A stretch of 64,000 bases of DNA from Phoronis australis (taxonomy: Eukaryota; Animalia; Phoronida): contig NMRA01000477.1 in NCBI GenBank assembly GCA_002633005.1, forward strand, positions 169,249 through 233,248, written 5' to 3'. Every line of letters starts with the position of its first letter. Positions within the stretch are counted from its first letter, which is position 1. Made by a program: the position numbers and the translations under genes. This document shows positions 39,501 to 51,600 of this stretch, piece after piece. The notes under the pieces are model-generated. The model made no database searches, was not told the origin of the DNA, and saw only the letters and a list, made by a program, of their open reading frames with translations.

Positions 39501-42500
39501 CTTTAGCAAAAATAGATATTGCTTACGTACCGACCTTCCCCGCAATTTTTAAAAGTTTCAACAAAAATTTTAATATGGAACTGAAATCTGCAAATGTGAC
39601 TCCTTATGGACTTGTTTTATCTACGTAACGACTGTATTACGTTCTCTTCTATGTCATGCATATGCCCTCGAATCATCCAAAATAGCCTATTTTTTATTCC
39701 CAATTAGCTCAACGCCAACAAGGCCACTTTGGGTCTGGGAATCTGACAGTAAACGGCAATAAATCCATTAATGATATTGTACATGTATTTAAGTCCTTCT
39801 ACAACAATTGTTTTAAGATGAAACATGCAAACAGATTATTACATATAGTAGGCAACTCATGACTCCAATAGTTTATTGTTCATCGAAACTAGTCACTCAT
39901 TTATTTTGTTAAATGTCGAAAAAGCACACTACCAACCTGTCAACTCTGGTCTCAACTGGTAGCGAACTCTTTGGCAGCGCTTTGCTAACTCAAACATTAC
40001 TTCTAATGTGAGCATGGAACAAGAAGAAGTTACTTTTACAATAGCAAGTGACACGACTCAAAGTTATTTAAAAAAAAAAGGCAATTTTAAAGTAGTTACA
40101 AATTTTTACCCTGATGATTTTCCCGTGAAAATGACGTAGGACCCTTGATTCGTTCGTGGAACCCATCGGATGCACGTCTTCGACTTGTAATAGCTCACAG
40201 CCTTGGCAATGATATTGCGCTTTGATGAACCTGTCAAATGAACGTAATTATTAGTGTTTGTATGCCCAACCCCAGACATGGTTGCTGATTAGTTACTCTT
40301 GTTACAAATCGTTCAGAACCAATCCTTTTTTTACCCGGTAACGTGTTGTTTGTCGGGTAAAATGGGGGCTTGGAAACGAAGATGTGTCAAGAATTCTGCG
40401 TTCTGATTCATTCGTCAGTTAAGTCGTCACTCAAAATCCTGGCAATAGGTCAATTGTGAAATGGGAGCGTAACACGTACAACTTTCTGTATTAAGTCTTC
40501 ATGAAACAGACCCGTTATTATAGTATGATGAAAGTATAATCATCTAACATACGGAGACGAACAAGATACCACGCAGGTATCAATTAATATTCCTCGGGAA
40601 GGTTGTTTACACCGGCGTTTCTGATTGGCTGGTCGAATTCTCAACAGGCAGCGCTTTAACGAAGAAAACAAACTGGCATGACTGATGGAGGTAGTGTAAA
40701 TGTAGTCTGTTGTACAGACAAATCGATGCTTAAAATTTATGTTCAGGAAATGTGAATCCCAGAAATTGTGGTTGCACCTTTTCGGAGTGCATCTTTCTAC
40801 TGTCGATAACTTTTGTTTACGATACTGTCCTGTATTCAAAAAGTGTGAATAACACACCGGTTAAATCGGCCAGATATGTGTTCATTGTACATGTATGTGC
40901 TTCAAGCACGCGGCTATTAAACATTACTGCAGAAACGAGTTGCTGCTACGCCACGTGCACGACAAGGCTAAAAATCGTTCATAGTCCGCCATTTGTTCAC
41001 GTTGTTGTAAAGCTAACCAATGACTGCTGAGGTTAACCAATACTAAAGCGCGTGCTACTGCTTGATACCTGTGTGCTGGTTAGGTACGCTAGGGAACCAG
41101 CGAGCTCCAACACTATCAGTTAGTTTTCCATCATTTGCATCATTTGATGACAGCATTGTGGACTTGTGAAAAGACTATTGGTGTTGTTTCAAACATTTCG
41201 ATGGTGCAAATTCGATACCTCCAGAAAATTTATCACATGTATTTTTCAGTAACAAAGCAGACTACAACAGTTTACAAACTCCTCAGTGCACTGACAGAGC
41301 AACAACCTCCGGCTCTGTAGGCAAATGAAATGCGTACTTACTTATTGAGCTATCGATGACGTATGGAACAACTCCTTTGGGCCACCGCTTGCTGCTACTT
41401 CGGTGACCGTTTCGTTTCTAAATCGCAACATAAAACAGTAAGCAACCATACTTTCAGCTTAGATATCGTAAAGCAGAAACTTCGCGATCCGTCAACTCAT
41501 TAGGCTTACATCAGATAAGTACATTCATAACCGAGACTGTAGTGCATAACTCAGTTACAAGATGATCGAGACAGTGGCTGCTCTGGATTGACTTCACCGG
41601 TTCTTCTATGTCACCCAGCTAAGACATCTGATTGGTCTGTAAGCCGGAAGTTTTCACCGAAAACTAATAACAAGTCTTAAGTAGCAGCTTAATCCGAAGG
41701 AACCAGTGAAGTGAATCAAGGGAACCATTGAAATGTTGCACTACCGAAGATTTCCGAAGGAATCAGATTTTAAAAAAGGTTTGACGTCACGCTGAAAAGC
41801 GTCATTTGAGAACATATGTATGTTTTGATTCAATTGCTTTGGGTTGAAATTTGTTTCAAGAAGTTATGAATAAAATAAAAGAGTGCAGTGTTTCAGAGAT
41901 GGATTTTAAAAGATATAGAACTCACCTGGGGCAAAATCATGTCTCCCTGGTACAGATCTGAAACACAATAGCAAAACAAATAAGGTCTATTGTCATGAAA
42001 TTCTTATTAGAAGTCTAAACGTCGCCTAAGTTATATTTGTTCTAAAAATGAGAAGTGATTTAATATACTCTTAGTATTACTGCACTGTAGTGCGGCCTAC
42101 GGTATGTTTGTAGAACAAGATAACCATGGTAACACAGGACCAGTGGAAGGTGCAGATTTCCCATAACCCATCATTCTAGACATGCGTTACACGTTCATTG
42201 TACTTGCCTCCATACTCTCCGGTGTTGCCTGTAAAAGAAAATAAAGCATGAATTAAACATGTATACGTATTGAACTCTCAAGACTGATTGCATTATCAAA
42301 AACATTGAAAATGCACGAACACCCTACCTGTCAAGAAAAGTTTTGATATAAAACATCTCGACTAAAAATTGTGGCTTTTAAATAATATAGTTTTTGGAAA
42401 TCAACCGATATCTGAGAATAATCGCGGAGATGACGTGTGTAGGGATTAAACGGCAACTTAGTAAGACTATGGTAAAGTATTCGAAACTTCGAAAAAAAAA

Positions 42501-43842
42501 ACTTATAGAAACAGTGCAACCCGAACCTCTTTCAGCGGATAACTACATAAATATACCCAACGTTAAATAAAAAAGCGCTAGTAAGTTATGTAAAGGTATT
42601 GTTCAAAACAGGTATAGTGTCAGTCAGCGACGTACCTTCAACATCTGGGACTTCAATTTCCTGTAAAATGGAAAACAGGTTTCAATACTTTTACATATCA
42701 CATCTGTATCACTATAATTCCAATTCATTCATTTAAATATTGTAACGTGCCCCTAATTCTTACTTGAACAGTAACAACGATAAAAAATGCCGGTCAAGCT
42801 GAAGTCAAATGAAGATCAAATTAATTTGCATATTGATAATCGTGAAACTTCCCAATGCCTATAATATGTTTTATTCATACACAACCAGTACGTCTGAGCT
42901 CGCGAAGTCGTCTGATGGCGCGATACACGACCCTCCAGAGGGATGTTCCCTCACTCCAATTAATTATTTTTGCCCCAAACCCGTTCGTCATAAACACCAT
43001 AATTTTACCACCCCCACATTTATGAAATGAGATCGGTTGGTATATTTTTCTTTAACTCAAATTTTGATAAATTTGGATTCGTGCCTTAAAAACTTAGTAG
43101 TTTTTTGCTCTTGTGAAAGCACCATTTTGCTTCGCACATAAATTTCTAAAAAAGACTTAACACAAGAACGTTTCATGCTTCATTGATGCTTGCAGTTATA
43201 ATAACGACTGCAATTTCTGGTAGGTAAAGTGTATCTTTGAAAATAAATGTTCACACAATTACAAACCTGCGTGAAGAGGCTAAACAGAAGTAAAATCTCT
43301 CGCTAAAATAGTTCAAAGATATAATTAAATCAGTGTATCGTGTTTACATTTTCGATAAAAATGGAAAAGTCACCGGGTCGCAGGCTACATTTTCATAATT
43401 TACGTGTGTGTTTAGAAACCGTCTACTTCGAAATTGGGGAAAGTAACCGTGATACCACAAAAACCGGTAAGGAAGTCGAGATAGCATCATGCATCGCTAT
43501 TCGATGCTATCGTCAGTAGATTGCTGAGGCAAAGGTCAAGGAGTAGAAAATGACGCTACACTGATGAAATCTCGACGGTTTATAAAATACGCGAAAGTTT
43601 GGCTGAAGTCCGTGACTTGTTTTTTCAGTTATTTCTTGGTAATAATGAACCTCTCCTTCCAAACATTGACCAACAATACTCTTTGGGAGACTCACTAAAA
43701 TTAGTCTATGGATAGTGTTTGGTAGTCAACGTCTTGTGTATATGCAAGTACACCTAAACTGGTTTACCTGTTCTTCATTGAGTGGAGCAGATTTTGATAA
43801 CGCCAGAAGGCACGCGAAAACTAAAGCAACCGCCCAGGTCAT
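36548..43842 (-). CDS. Secreted astacin-family (M12A) zinc metalloendopeptidase; 3' end disrupted or missing (possible pseudogene)
   Basis: Exons (minus): 43842-43768 signal peptide MTWAVALVFACLLALSKSA, 42660-42636, 42228-42208, 41957-41926 (YQGDM), 41417-41342 (KRNG..KRWPKGVVPY), 40230-40110 (KTCIRWVPRT), 36898-36720 (GCFANVG..HEMMHALGFYHEQAREDRD); the next acceptor (36561) leads to TAA after DKLE. Confidence 0.85.
36720..36898 (-). CDS. Astacin catalytic exon
   Basis: HEXXHXXGXXHEXXRXDRD signature: HEMMHALGFYHEQAREDRD. Confidence 0.95.
37552..37679. mobile_element. 128-bp MITE with 5-bp TSD
   Basis: CAGGTGGGATACAGG ... CCTGGATCCGCCTATG flanked by ATAAA on both sides. Confidence 0.65.
40110..40230 (-). 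CDS. Astacin exon
   Basis: IAKAVSYYKSKTCIRWVPRTNQGSYVIF. Confidence 0.9.
41342..41417 (-). CDS. Astacin exon: activation site and mature N-terminus
   Basis: KR/NGHRSSSKRWPKGVVPYVID. Confidence 0.88.
43768..43842 (-). CDS. Astacin exon 1, signal peptide
   Basis: ATG at 43842, hydrophobic leader, GT donor. Confidence 0.8.
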
Positions 43843-43885
43843 CTTGTTGACAATGATTGCGCTTCAGAAGAAGGCAGCATTCCGT

Positions 43886-43893
43886 AATATATA
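43886..43893 (-). promoter_or_regulatory. Candidate TATA box of the astacin gene
   Basis: TATATATT about 45 nt upstream of the ATG on the minus strand. Confidence 0.5.
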
Positions 43894-43987
43894 CGCTGTC
43901 GTATTTTGTTATCTGACCACAGTGCCCGATGTGTTTTTTTCACAGGCTCACGCCCATGCAGTCAACTATCTAATCCAAGCAGCATTA

Positions 43988-44311
43988 TCGCTGGCCAAAT
44001 GGGTGAACGTTACGGACGTAAACTGCGTACGTAAATTAATTATTGTTAAACAGCGTAATTGAAAAACGTGAGTAAATTACGCAATTAATTTAATAATTAA
44101 TTCACGCCGTTAAAAGTTAATTTGCTTGACAAATGATTAATTGACGACATGACCAAATAATTTACGCCGCAAATAACTAATATACGCCGTAAAGAATTAA
44201 TTTACGCCACAAATAATTAATTTACGGCGTTAATATTTAATTTATGTCGTTAACGATAATCAATTTACGCACATAATTTACGTGTGTAACGTTCACCCAT
44301 TTGGCCAACGA
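43988..44311. mobile_element. Fold-back MITE with TA flanks upstream of the astacin promoter
   Basis: TCG(C/T)TGGCCAAATGGGTGAACGTTAC inverted at both ends; interior of AATTAATTTACGCC-like repeats. Confidence 0.8.
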
Positions 44312-44731
44312 TACAACAGCTATACCATTACGTTAATTCTTAAGGCAACTGAAGTCTGGTCAAACCGTTTTATCTTCATGTTAGTAAGTGGGTGTCATGC
44401 GAAACCACAGGGGCAACAACAAATGTATTTTCAAACGATACACCTACATCCATGAGCACACTCAAGTCTTTATCCATTTTTTTTTAAATTCAAGTAGTTT
44501 TTCTAAAACTCGTTTTGTCCGACAAATACCAACCCTTACGAAGCAGCCCGTGCTGCAGGTGAAACACGATCAATGTTGTCTAAATTTTCAAAACGAAATA
44601 TGTTAGTTGCAATGTCCAATAAAGCGCAATATGATTCGAGCGCTTTTCAGCATGATGCAATACACCGATTCGAAGAACTGCGTTCGGGATAATTAACTAC
44701 AATCATGTATCTTCGACACCTGAATGAGCTA

Positions 44732-46360
44732 TTTTCATGCCTCGCGACACAGACATGTTGCGTCACTTTCTCCCAGGGTCACGTTGTTACGTTGTCCGCT
44801 CGATATCTCGAAAACCCCTGGTCGGATTTTGATGAATTTGGAACAATGAAGTGGGGCATCACTAAAACGATTCTTGTCACGTTTCAATTTGGCCCGCCTT
44901 CTGAAGTCAGGGGAATGTTGCTTTTTCAGTATTTTTGGGAAGAGCGTTTCCAGATATCTAGAGAATTGACTGATTTCAATGAAAGTTGACCCAAAAGTAT
45001 GCGATATCAATACACCACTACCAAGAAACTTTAGGGCGGATGCGACCCCTACAGCACCTCATAGTGGCCACTATGTTCTCGACAAGGCACTTTTCAAGTG
45101 TTGTTTTGGGGGGAGAGCGTTTCCAGGTGACATCTAGACAATTGATTGGTGGATTTCAACTGGACACAGAAGAATATCATGTGAATGCGTCGACACTAGT
45201 CGATTTTCGGGCGGATTCGACCACTGGGACCTGTTTCATGAAAGTGAAATAAGAAATTTGGTCCTACATTCCCACTTCACAATTGCTGAAAATAGATTTA
45301 GCCAAGGAATTATGACTGGACCGCAATCTAGACATAAGTAGTAGAAATTATCTCAGTAACTAACAGTGATGTGTATGTTCTCAGACACTTCTCAATTTTG
45401 CTCAAGTGAGATTTAATTATTTTTCACAAATACTTGTGTGGGGTGTAAGACCAGATTCAAACACGACAGGCCTACGGTCTCGGCTAAACTAAGTTTCATA
45501 AAACGGACCCTTGCTGTGCCCTCTAGCGATCATTTTGTGCGAGTGCGTTTCCGGATGATATGGAAAGAACTGATAGGATTTCAATGGAAGTTGACGCAGA
45601 GGTGTGTGATGTCATTGCGTAGGCACAGTTAAATTTTTGGGCGAAATCGATCACTTCTGCACCTTTTAGTGGTAATTTTTTCTCGACAAGGACTTATCAA
45701 GTGGTTTTTGGGGGAGGAAGAGCGTTTCCGGAGGACATCTAACGAACCGATTGACGATTGGATTGCATTTACGCTTGACACAGATGTATGCGACAAGATT
45801 GTGCCTGCATCATTTCATTTTCAGGCACATTCGACTACTAATTAAGCGCTTCCTAGTGTCCAATTTGGTTGAGAGCGTTTCTGGATGATTAGAGAACTGA
45901 CCAGAGGATTTCAATGAAAATTGACACAGAGGTATGTGACGGCAGTGTGGCGGCACCATTAAATTTTTGGGCGAATTCAAATTTTGTAGCTCTTCCTAGT
46001 GGGTATTTAGTTTTCGACTTGTGTCTTCTCATGTGTTATTTAGGGGAAGAGTTATCATAGAAACTTGACACAATGGTATATTATGAGATTGCGCCAGTAC
46101 CATTTGATTTTCTGGCAAATTCCATGACTGCAGTGCCTCCAAATAGCCATTTCGTGTGAGCGCGTTTCCGGATTATATGCAGAGAACCGAGAGAATTTCA
46201 ATGAAAGTTGACAAAGAGGTATGTGATGTCAAGCGTTGGCATCATTAAATTTTTGAGCTGATTCGATCACTGCAGCACCTCCTAGTGGTCCTTAGAAAAA
46301 TATAGCACGAGATCCATCGCGTGTGCGTGCGCAGGTCAACGCCCCAACGTTGCTCTTGTT
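44732..46360. mobile_element. Non-autonomous Helitron/Helentron-like element with internal degenerate tandem repeats
   Basis: About six diverged units with GAGCGTTTCC..GATTTCAATGAAAGTTGACACAGAGGTATG; T-rich start and CTTGTT end; class assignment is by resemblance only. Confidence 0.5.
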
Positions 46361-48457
46361 AATTTGAACCCACTGCAAATTACGTCGGCATGAAGATACA
46401 AGCTTTGGTTGCGGGAAACCGCCTAGTGTCACTCTTAACTGGAACACTTCAGGCAATGGCATTATCGAATATTTGTGAATGAAACGTACACAAAACAGAG
46501 GATGCTTGTTTCACGATTCATGTAGGTTTCGTAACAACAGCTGATGTATACCAGAGCAATTTTCTCAGATTTTTTATTTTCATGTCAAACGCGCCAGCAC
46601 GTGTGCGAACAACTGGCTTCTAACTGGATAAGAAGTCGATGCAAAGACCCGCCGTGTACAATCGAAAATATGTACGGCGGCATTTTTTAGCCACAGTTGA
46701 ATTTACGTGCCTCAATTTAATAAAAAAATGGCGCCTGCTGGATTGGCATGACATTTTTAGATTTGTGCGACATGTGAAAGCTACAAATGGCATTTACCCA
46801 CAAAAGAGGGGCTTTTCTTAAACCTTTACGGCTGCCACGAAATGTGTGTACCCTTTGAGATACCATGTGCATAGCAAATGGTGAAGATATCAGGGGTGCT
46901 CATTTCAATATACGTCGACGACAGAGGAATACATTCTAAAATCGACATCATTTGTCCTATTCTCATTAGCAACATGTAGGATACATCGAAAAACGGGGTA
47001 GTAATGCAGCGCGTGAACTTGGAATCAAGCTTAATCTCAAGATCGAGTATGCGAGGACTTTTAGTTGAATATTCATTTGGGCAATATTATGAACTGTTTT
47101 ATTCAGTGTAAGGAATTTTATGATTGGTCCCACATTTTTTGCCTTAACCGTAACTTGTGTCAAAGAATCGGAGGAACATGAGAATGGTTAAATTAATTAT
47201 TGTTTAGTGAATAAGATCACCAATAGTTGAAAAAAGTTTATTAAAATTCACGCTGTTTTATTAAAATGTAGTTTGAATTAGTGTAGTGCAAATTCTTAGC
47301 GACGTGAACGTTATTGTTTGAATGAAGTAAACAAGTTTCCTCGTGTATTCCAAGGTCACGCATACCCGATCTTGAGATTAAGCAAAATTCTTAATTCACG
47401 CCCAGCAGTAAATGCAGATGCAATGGTAAGTGCGCGACTACGGGCGAGTCAGTAGTCGCATTCCATAAGTCAACACCAGCAGTGATTTCCATTGAAGCCC
47501 ATGTGCCAAATTTCACGATAAACCATCGAACAAGTAGATACATGTTGAGGTAGACAAGAAGAAAGGTAATCCAAATTGCCACAAGAGAGCACCACAGAAG
47601 TCAGATCCGTCTAAAATTATCAATTAACATCAGCGGTGTTCTCTCTTTACACAAAGATCAGTAATGGGATTTGGTATTTACTGAGATAGCCATAAAAACT
47701 GCCACCGTGAGATGCCACAAGAGGCGTAAATGTTCGAAAAAAAAACAAAACTGTGCTCTCACTAAAATGATCACACATCCCAAATTGCATAAAGACCTAT
47801 CAGAGACCGTGACAGGTTTTGAAGTAAACACAAAGAGAACTCAAATTGCCACTAGGGGACATAACGATAAATCTGTCCGAAAACTAATGTCTCAGCTATA
47901 AGATACACTCTTTAATATGAACAAATCAGGCAACTTTCAAGACAGTTCTTCAAGCGGCTTGGTGAATACGGAGGCGGACTTAAGAAAAACACAGAAATAA
48001 TTTTAAGATGGCCACTGTGGGCTCAGACGAGTTGGACAGGCTCAATCGTGTACTTACAGAAAGATATTTGGCAAATCGCAAGATATGTCTTAGAATATTG
48101 ATAGATATCGAGGCCTACGCAATCAAAACCTGAATTGCCACTAGCGGACGGTATAGTGGCACAACTCGTGTGGAAATAAGCATAAGTTGTGCTTCCCTCA
48201 ATAGGAACATAAAAAGATATAGAGGCAGAAACAAAAACAACACAAAAATGCCACCAGGAGGCACCACTATTTACCGACCTGTCTGTAAACCAACGTCTGC
48301 CGAGCTCTCCGCTCCGCTCAATCATACCAATACATCCGCCAAACTTCATAGTGACCCAAAAACAAAAATAAACTGGCATAAAATTTATTGTAACTAACAA
48401 CCAATGAATCTGCGTACATCAGTACAGAACAACTGAAGAACTGTTGTTGATAAACCT

Positions 48458-48684
48458 CTACAATGTCGTCACTTCCACGTGATCTTCTGTGGGGGGTCTA
48501 TTGTCACTAGGGCGACACTGAAATCCCCTAAATGTCGGACAAATTGGAACAAAGCTAGCCCATCTCCATTTCCGTATAAAAGTCATTCCAAGCGGCAAGT
48601 CATAGGTGTTTGGGGTTGAATTTACTTCTTCTGCTGTATCCATGCCGAGATTCCATATTCCAAGACCTCTTTCTTCTTTAGTGC
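48458..48684 (-). CDS. SLC23A: SLC23 terminal exon
   Basis: GTKEERGL..YDLPLGM..PICPTF..EVTTL*; AATAAA on the minus strand at 48384-48389. Confidence 0.92.
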
Positions 48685-51600
48685 CTGTAACAAGATTAGT
48701 AAAGGCCTTTTCCAAATGATAGATACGCTGTAATTTAAAATGAATATACATTAAACCAACTGCTCGTCTGAGGTGTGATCGTACTACAAATAGCTTGAAC
48801 TGGAGATTGATTTTAAGATTGTTTGGAACGCTGCGCGCGCTAGATGTGTCATTTCATGTCATACTGACGGGTTCGTGCTCATTCCATAAAAAGTTCGTCC
48901 ATTTCCGTGCGACGTTATCATGTACATTGCAACGTCGTACGAAATATTGTATTGAATGAGTGTGGTTCAGTTCATCAACCTACTCAATGGGTTTTACGGC
49001 ACTAATTTTCCGGGGCAGTTGTACCAATGAAAAGCAGAACAAAGGGCCCAGTGTTTAATGTTAGCACCACTCAAATTTAGGCTCGAAAGAGAGCCAATCA
49101 TGTCGCACGGTTTGAGTACAAATTTGCAAGTACTATGCCATGCAAAATTGGTCAATTTGTGAAACAACCTTCAAGTACAGAGCTAAGTGCTCTTGTCGAC
49201 ATAACGAATATACGACATTCAAATGTGGTGGACATTTTGTATCGGCGCCACCAACAACTAAAAACTAATCTTGCAAATCCCACACAAAATCTGCTACCAT
49301 GAAAACACTTATCTGCTGATGGAGTACCTGGCTCGCAAATTATAAATCAAACCACTTCTAGAAACCATTGTATTATTGTATATAAATTACTACCATCATA
49401 TATCAATTACTTGAAAAGTACCACTTAATTTTCAGAATGCCAAAATGGGTGTTGAACTTCAAGTACGTGTTACTAAAACTACGGCATTGTGTTCCCATAA
49501 CAGGAGTGCATGACTCAAAAATCTTCGTGGTACCATGTTTTATGAAAGAAAACGTGAAGGTGTCCCTTATTCGGAACACATGAGCAGGCACGCATGGAAA
49601 CTGGCAACCAAGGAAGCAAAATAAATTTATAAGAATAAAATGTTTCAAATGAAATAAAAGGGACGTTTAGATCTTTAGATAACCGTAGAAGGATACACTG
49701 GAACATCCTTAATAACTCACCGGATACGGTGTTGTCTAAAATACACGCTACAAGTCCACCCACAAACATGCCGCTCCCGAGAAGTATACGGAACAAGCTG
49801 TCGAGAACATCCACACCTACAACAACCGAAGATAAACACAGTTTTCTATCGGGAGAACACATGCTCAGCTCTGTGAATTAGAAAAAAGTACGTTATCACC
49901 TGAACTCAAATGGCGGTGGCTGTTCACGGATTGCGACCAATAGTATCAAGGAAAACATTTCCGGTAAAAGATAACAATAAGCCCCCAAAAACTTGCAGAT
50001 ATTCTAATATTTTGAGATCAGGTAAGGCAACGCAGAAACGAAAGCTGCAGCTAAAATGGGGCAAAGCTGTTTACAGTAAACCAGAAACAAGTTTGCTTTC
50101 TCTTTGTAGACAGAAATGTGGTTCTTCTTACAAAAGCTGAAACGTGTGAGTTTTCATGGAATTCTTTTGGATATTAGATATCCGAGGCTACAAATACGCG
50201 AGGTGTCACAACGGCTAAGTAAACTTCTACAGTTAGAGGCTCTTACCTGTAGTAATGTGGTCTCCATGTTTCAATATCCACTGGGGAAGACTTAGAGCGA
50301 AGAAAAATGAAAATCCAACTATAATTAAATTTCTCGGAGAGTTCATATCCACATATTGTAAATTCGAAAGACCAAAAGCCGCAATAATACCTACAAAAGA
50401 ACATAAAACTCAGTTTCGTATTTTATCCGGTCACTTTTTCTTATGCAGCAAGAATGCATAAGAATTGTTCGATCAGAAACGGTCTATCATGTGACAGAGG
50501 TCACAAGTCTTTCACAACTATGACCAAAAATAACTATGCTGTTGTAAATTTCCGAACTCGAAATAATTCACGACATTTTCTGTTCTAGTACCTTTTTACG
50601 AAGCATGGTTTACGCAGGTGAGCTGATAGTCCAAGTTATTACTTAATGACTGCTAGGCTCGAGCCACAAACTCGAGGTTTCATCACGTGCAAACTAGGAC
50701 TATTATACGTCCATCTAGTACCATTGAACTCACGGCTTTACAAAGTTTTCATATTGTCACATTGTCTTTCTATCTGAAAGCTCGAGAAACGAGATTAGAC
50801 TGCCGACCTTGACCTCTAAAACATTAGCTAGAATGCTTTTAAAACATTGTAAAATGTAACACAAGATTAAAAATAATAATATTTTCAATGAGCTAAAACT
50901 TTAGTGTCGGAACCAGTGGCTAAGTCACCAAGCAAAGAAAAAAATAGTTGGCCAAAATGAAAATAGTACCACAGTACATGTTAGGAATGAGGAATAAAAG
51001 CGCTTATTGGTCACCAAAATAAATGACTGTTGAGAATTGGTCTGCTCTTTGAAGAACTAGTTACGGACTGGAGTAAGAATGGAAGTACTAATTGACTTTC
51101 CTGCTTGCTTCTTATTCATGATGTCATACTTCACAGGCATTTAATATAGAATTAACAACTTTCTTTCTTCTGATACAGATTATCAGTAAAGGATAAAACA
51201 TCACAAACAAATGTGTATAAAATGATAACGGTAATAATACATTTAAAATACCGTATGCATAAGCAGGAATTTTCAATGAACCAAAGTCTGCCAAATACAC
51301 TTCATCATTACTTCTAAAAGTTTAAGGGCCTTTTTAGCATAACTATAATTTATGCTCGTCAAAAATTAAGCAGTCACTTTTGCACGCATCGCAAACCTAA
51401 AAAAAATATTTGAGAACAGATGCACCCAAGATAAGAAGACACTAACATATTTAAAGTGTTGGTCGTGTAAAACCTTACCTGACAAGAAGAAAAAGAGACC
51501 ACCAATCACAGGCACTGGTATTGCCACAAACAGGGCGCCAATTTTACCAACAAATGCTAGCAGGATGGATATCAGGCCCATAATTTGTATAACTCGACGA

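Noticed and set aside
47391-48400. Short ORFs between SLC23 and the astacin gene
   Set aside because: No splice-consistent structure or motifs; likely 3' UTR or intergenic DNA.
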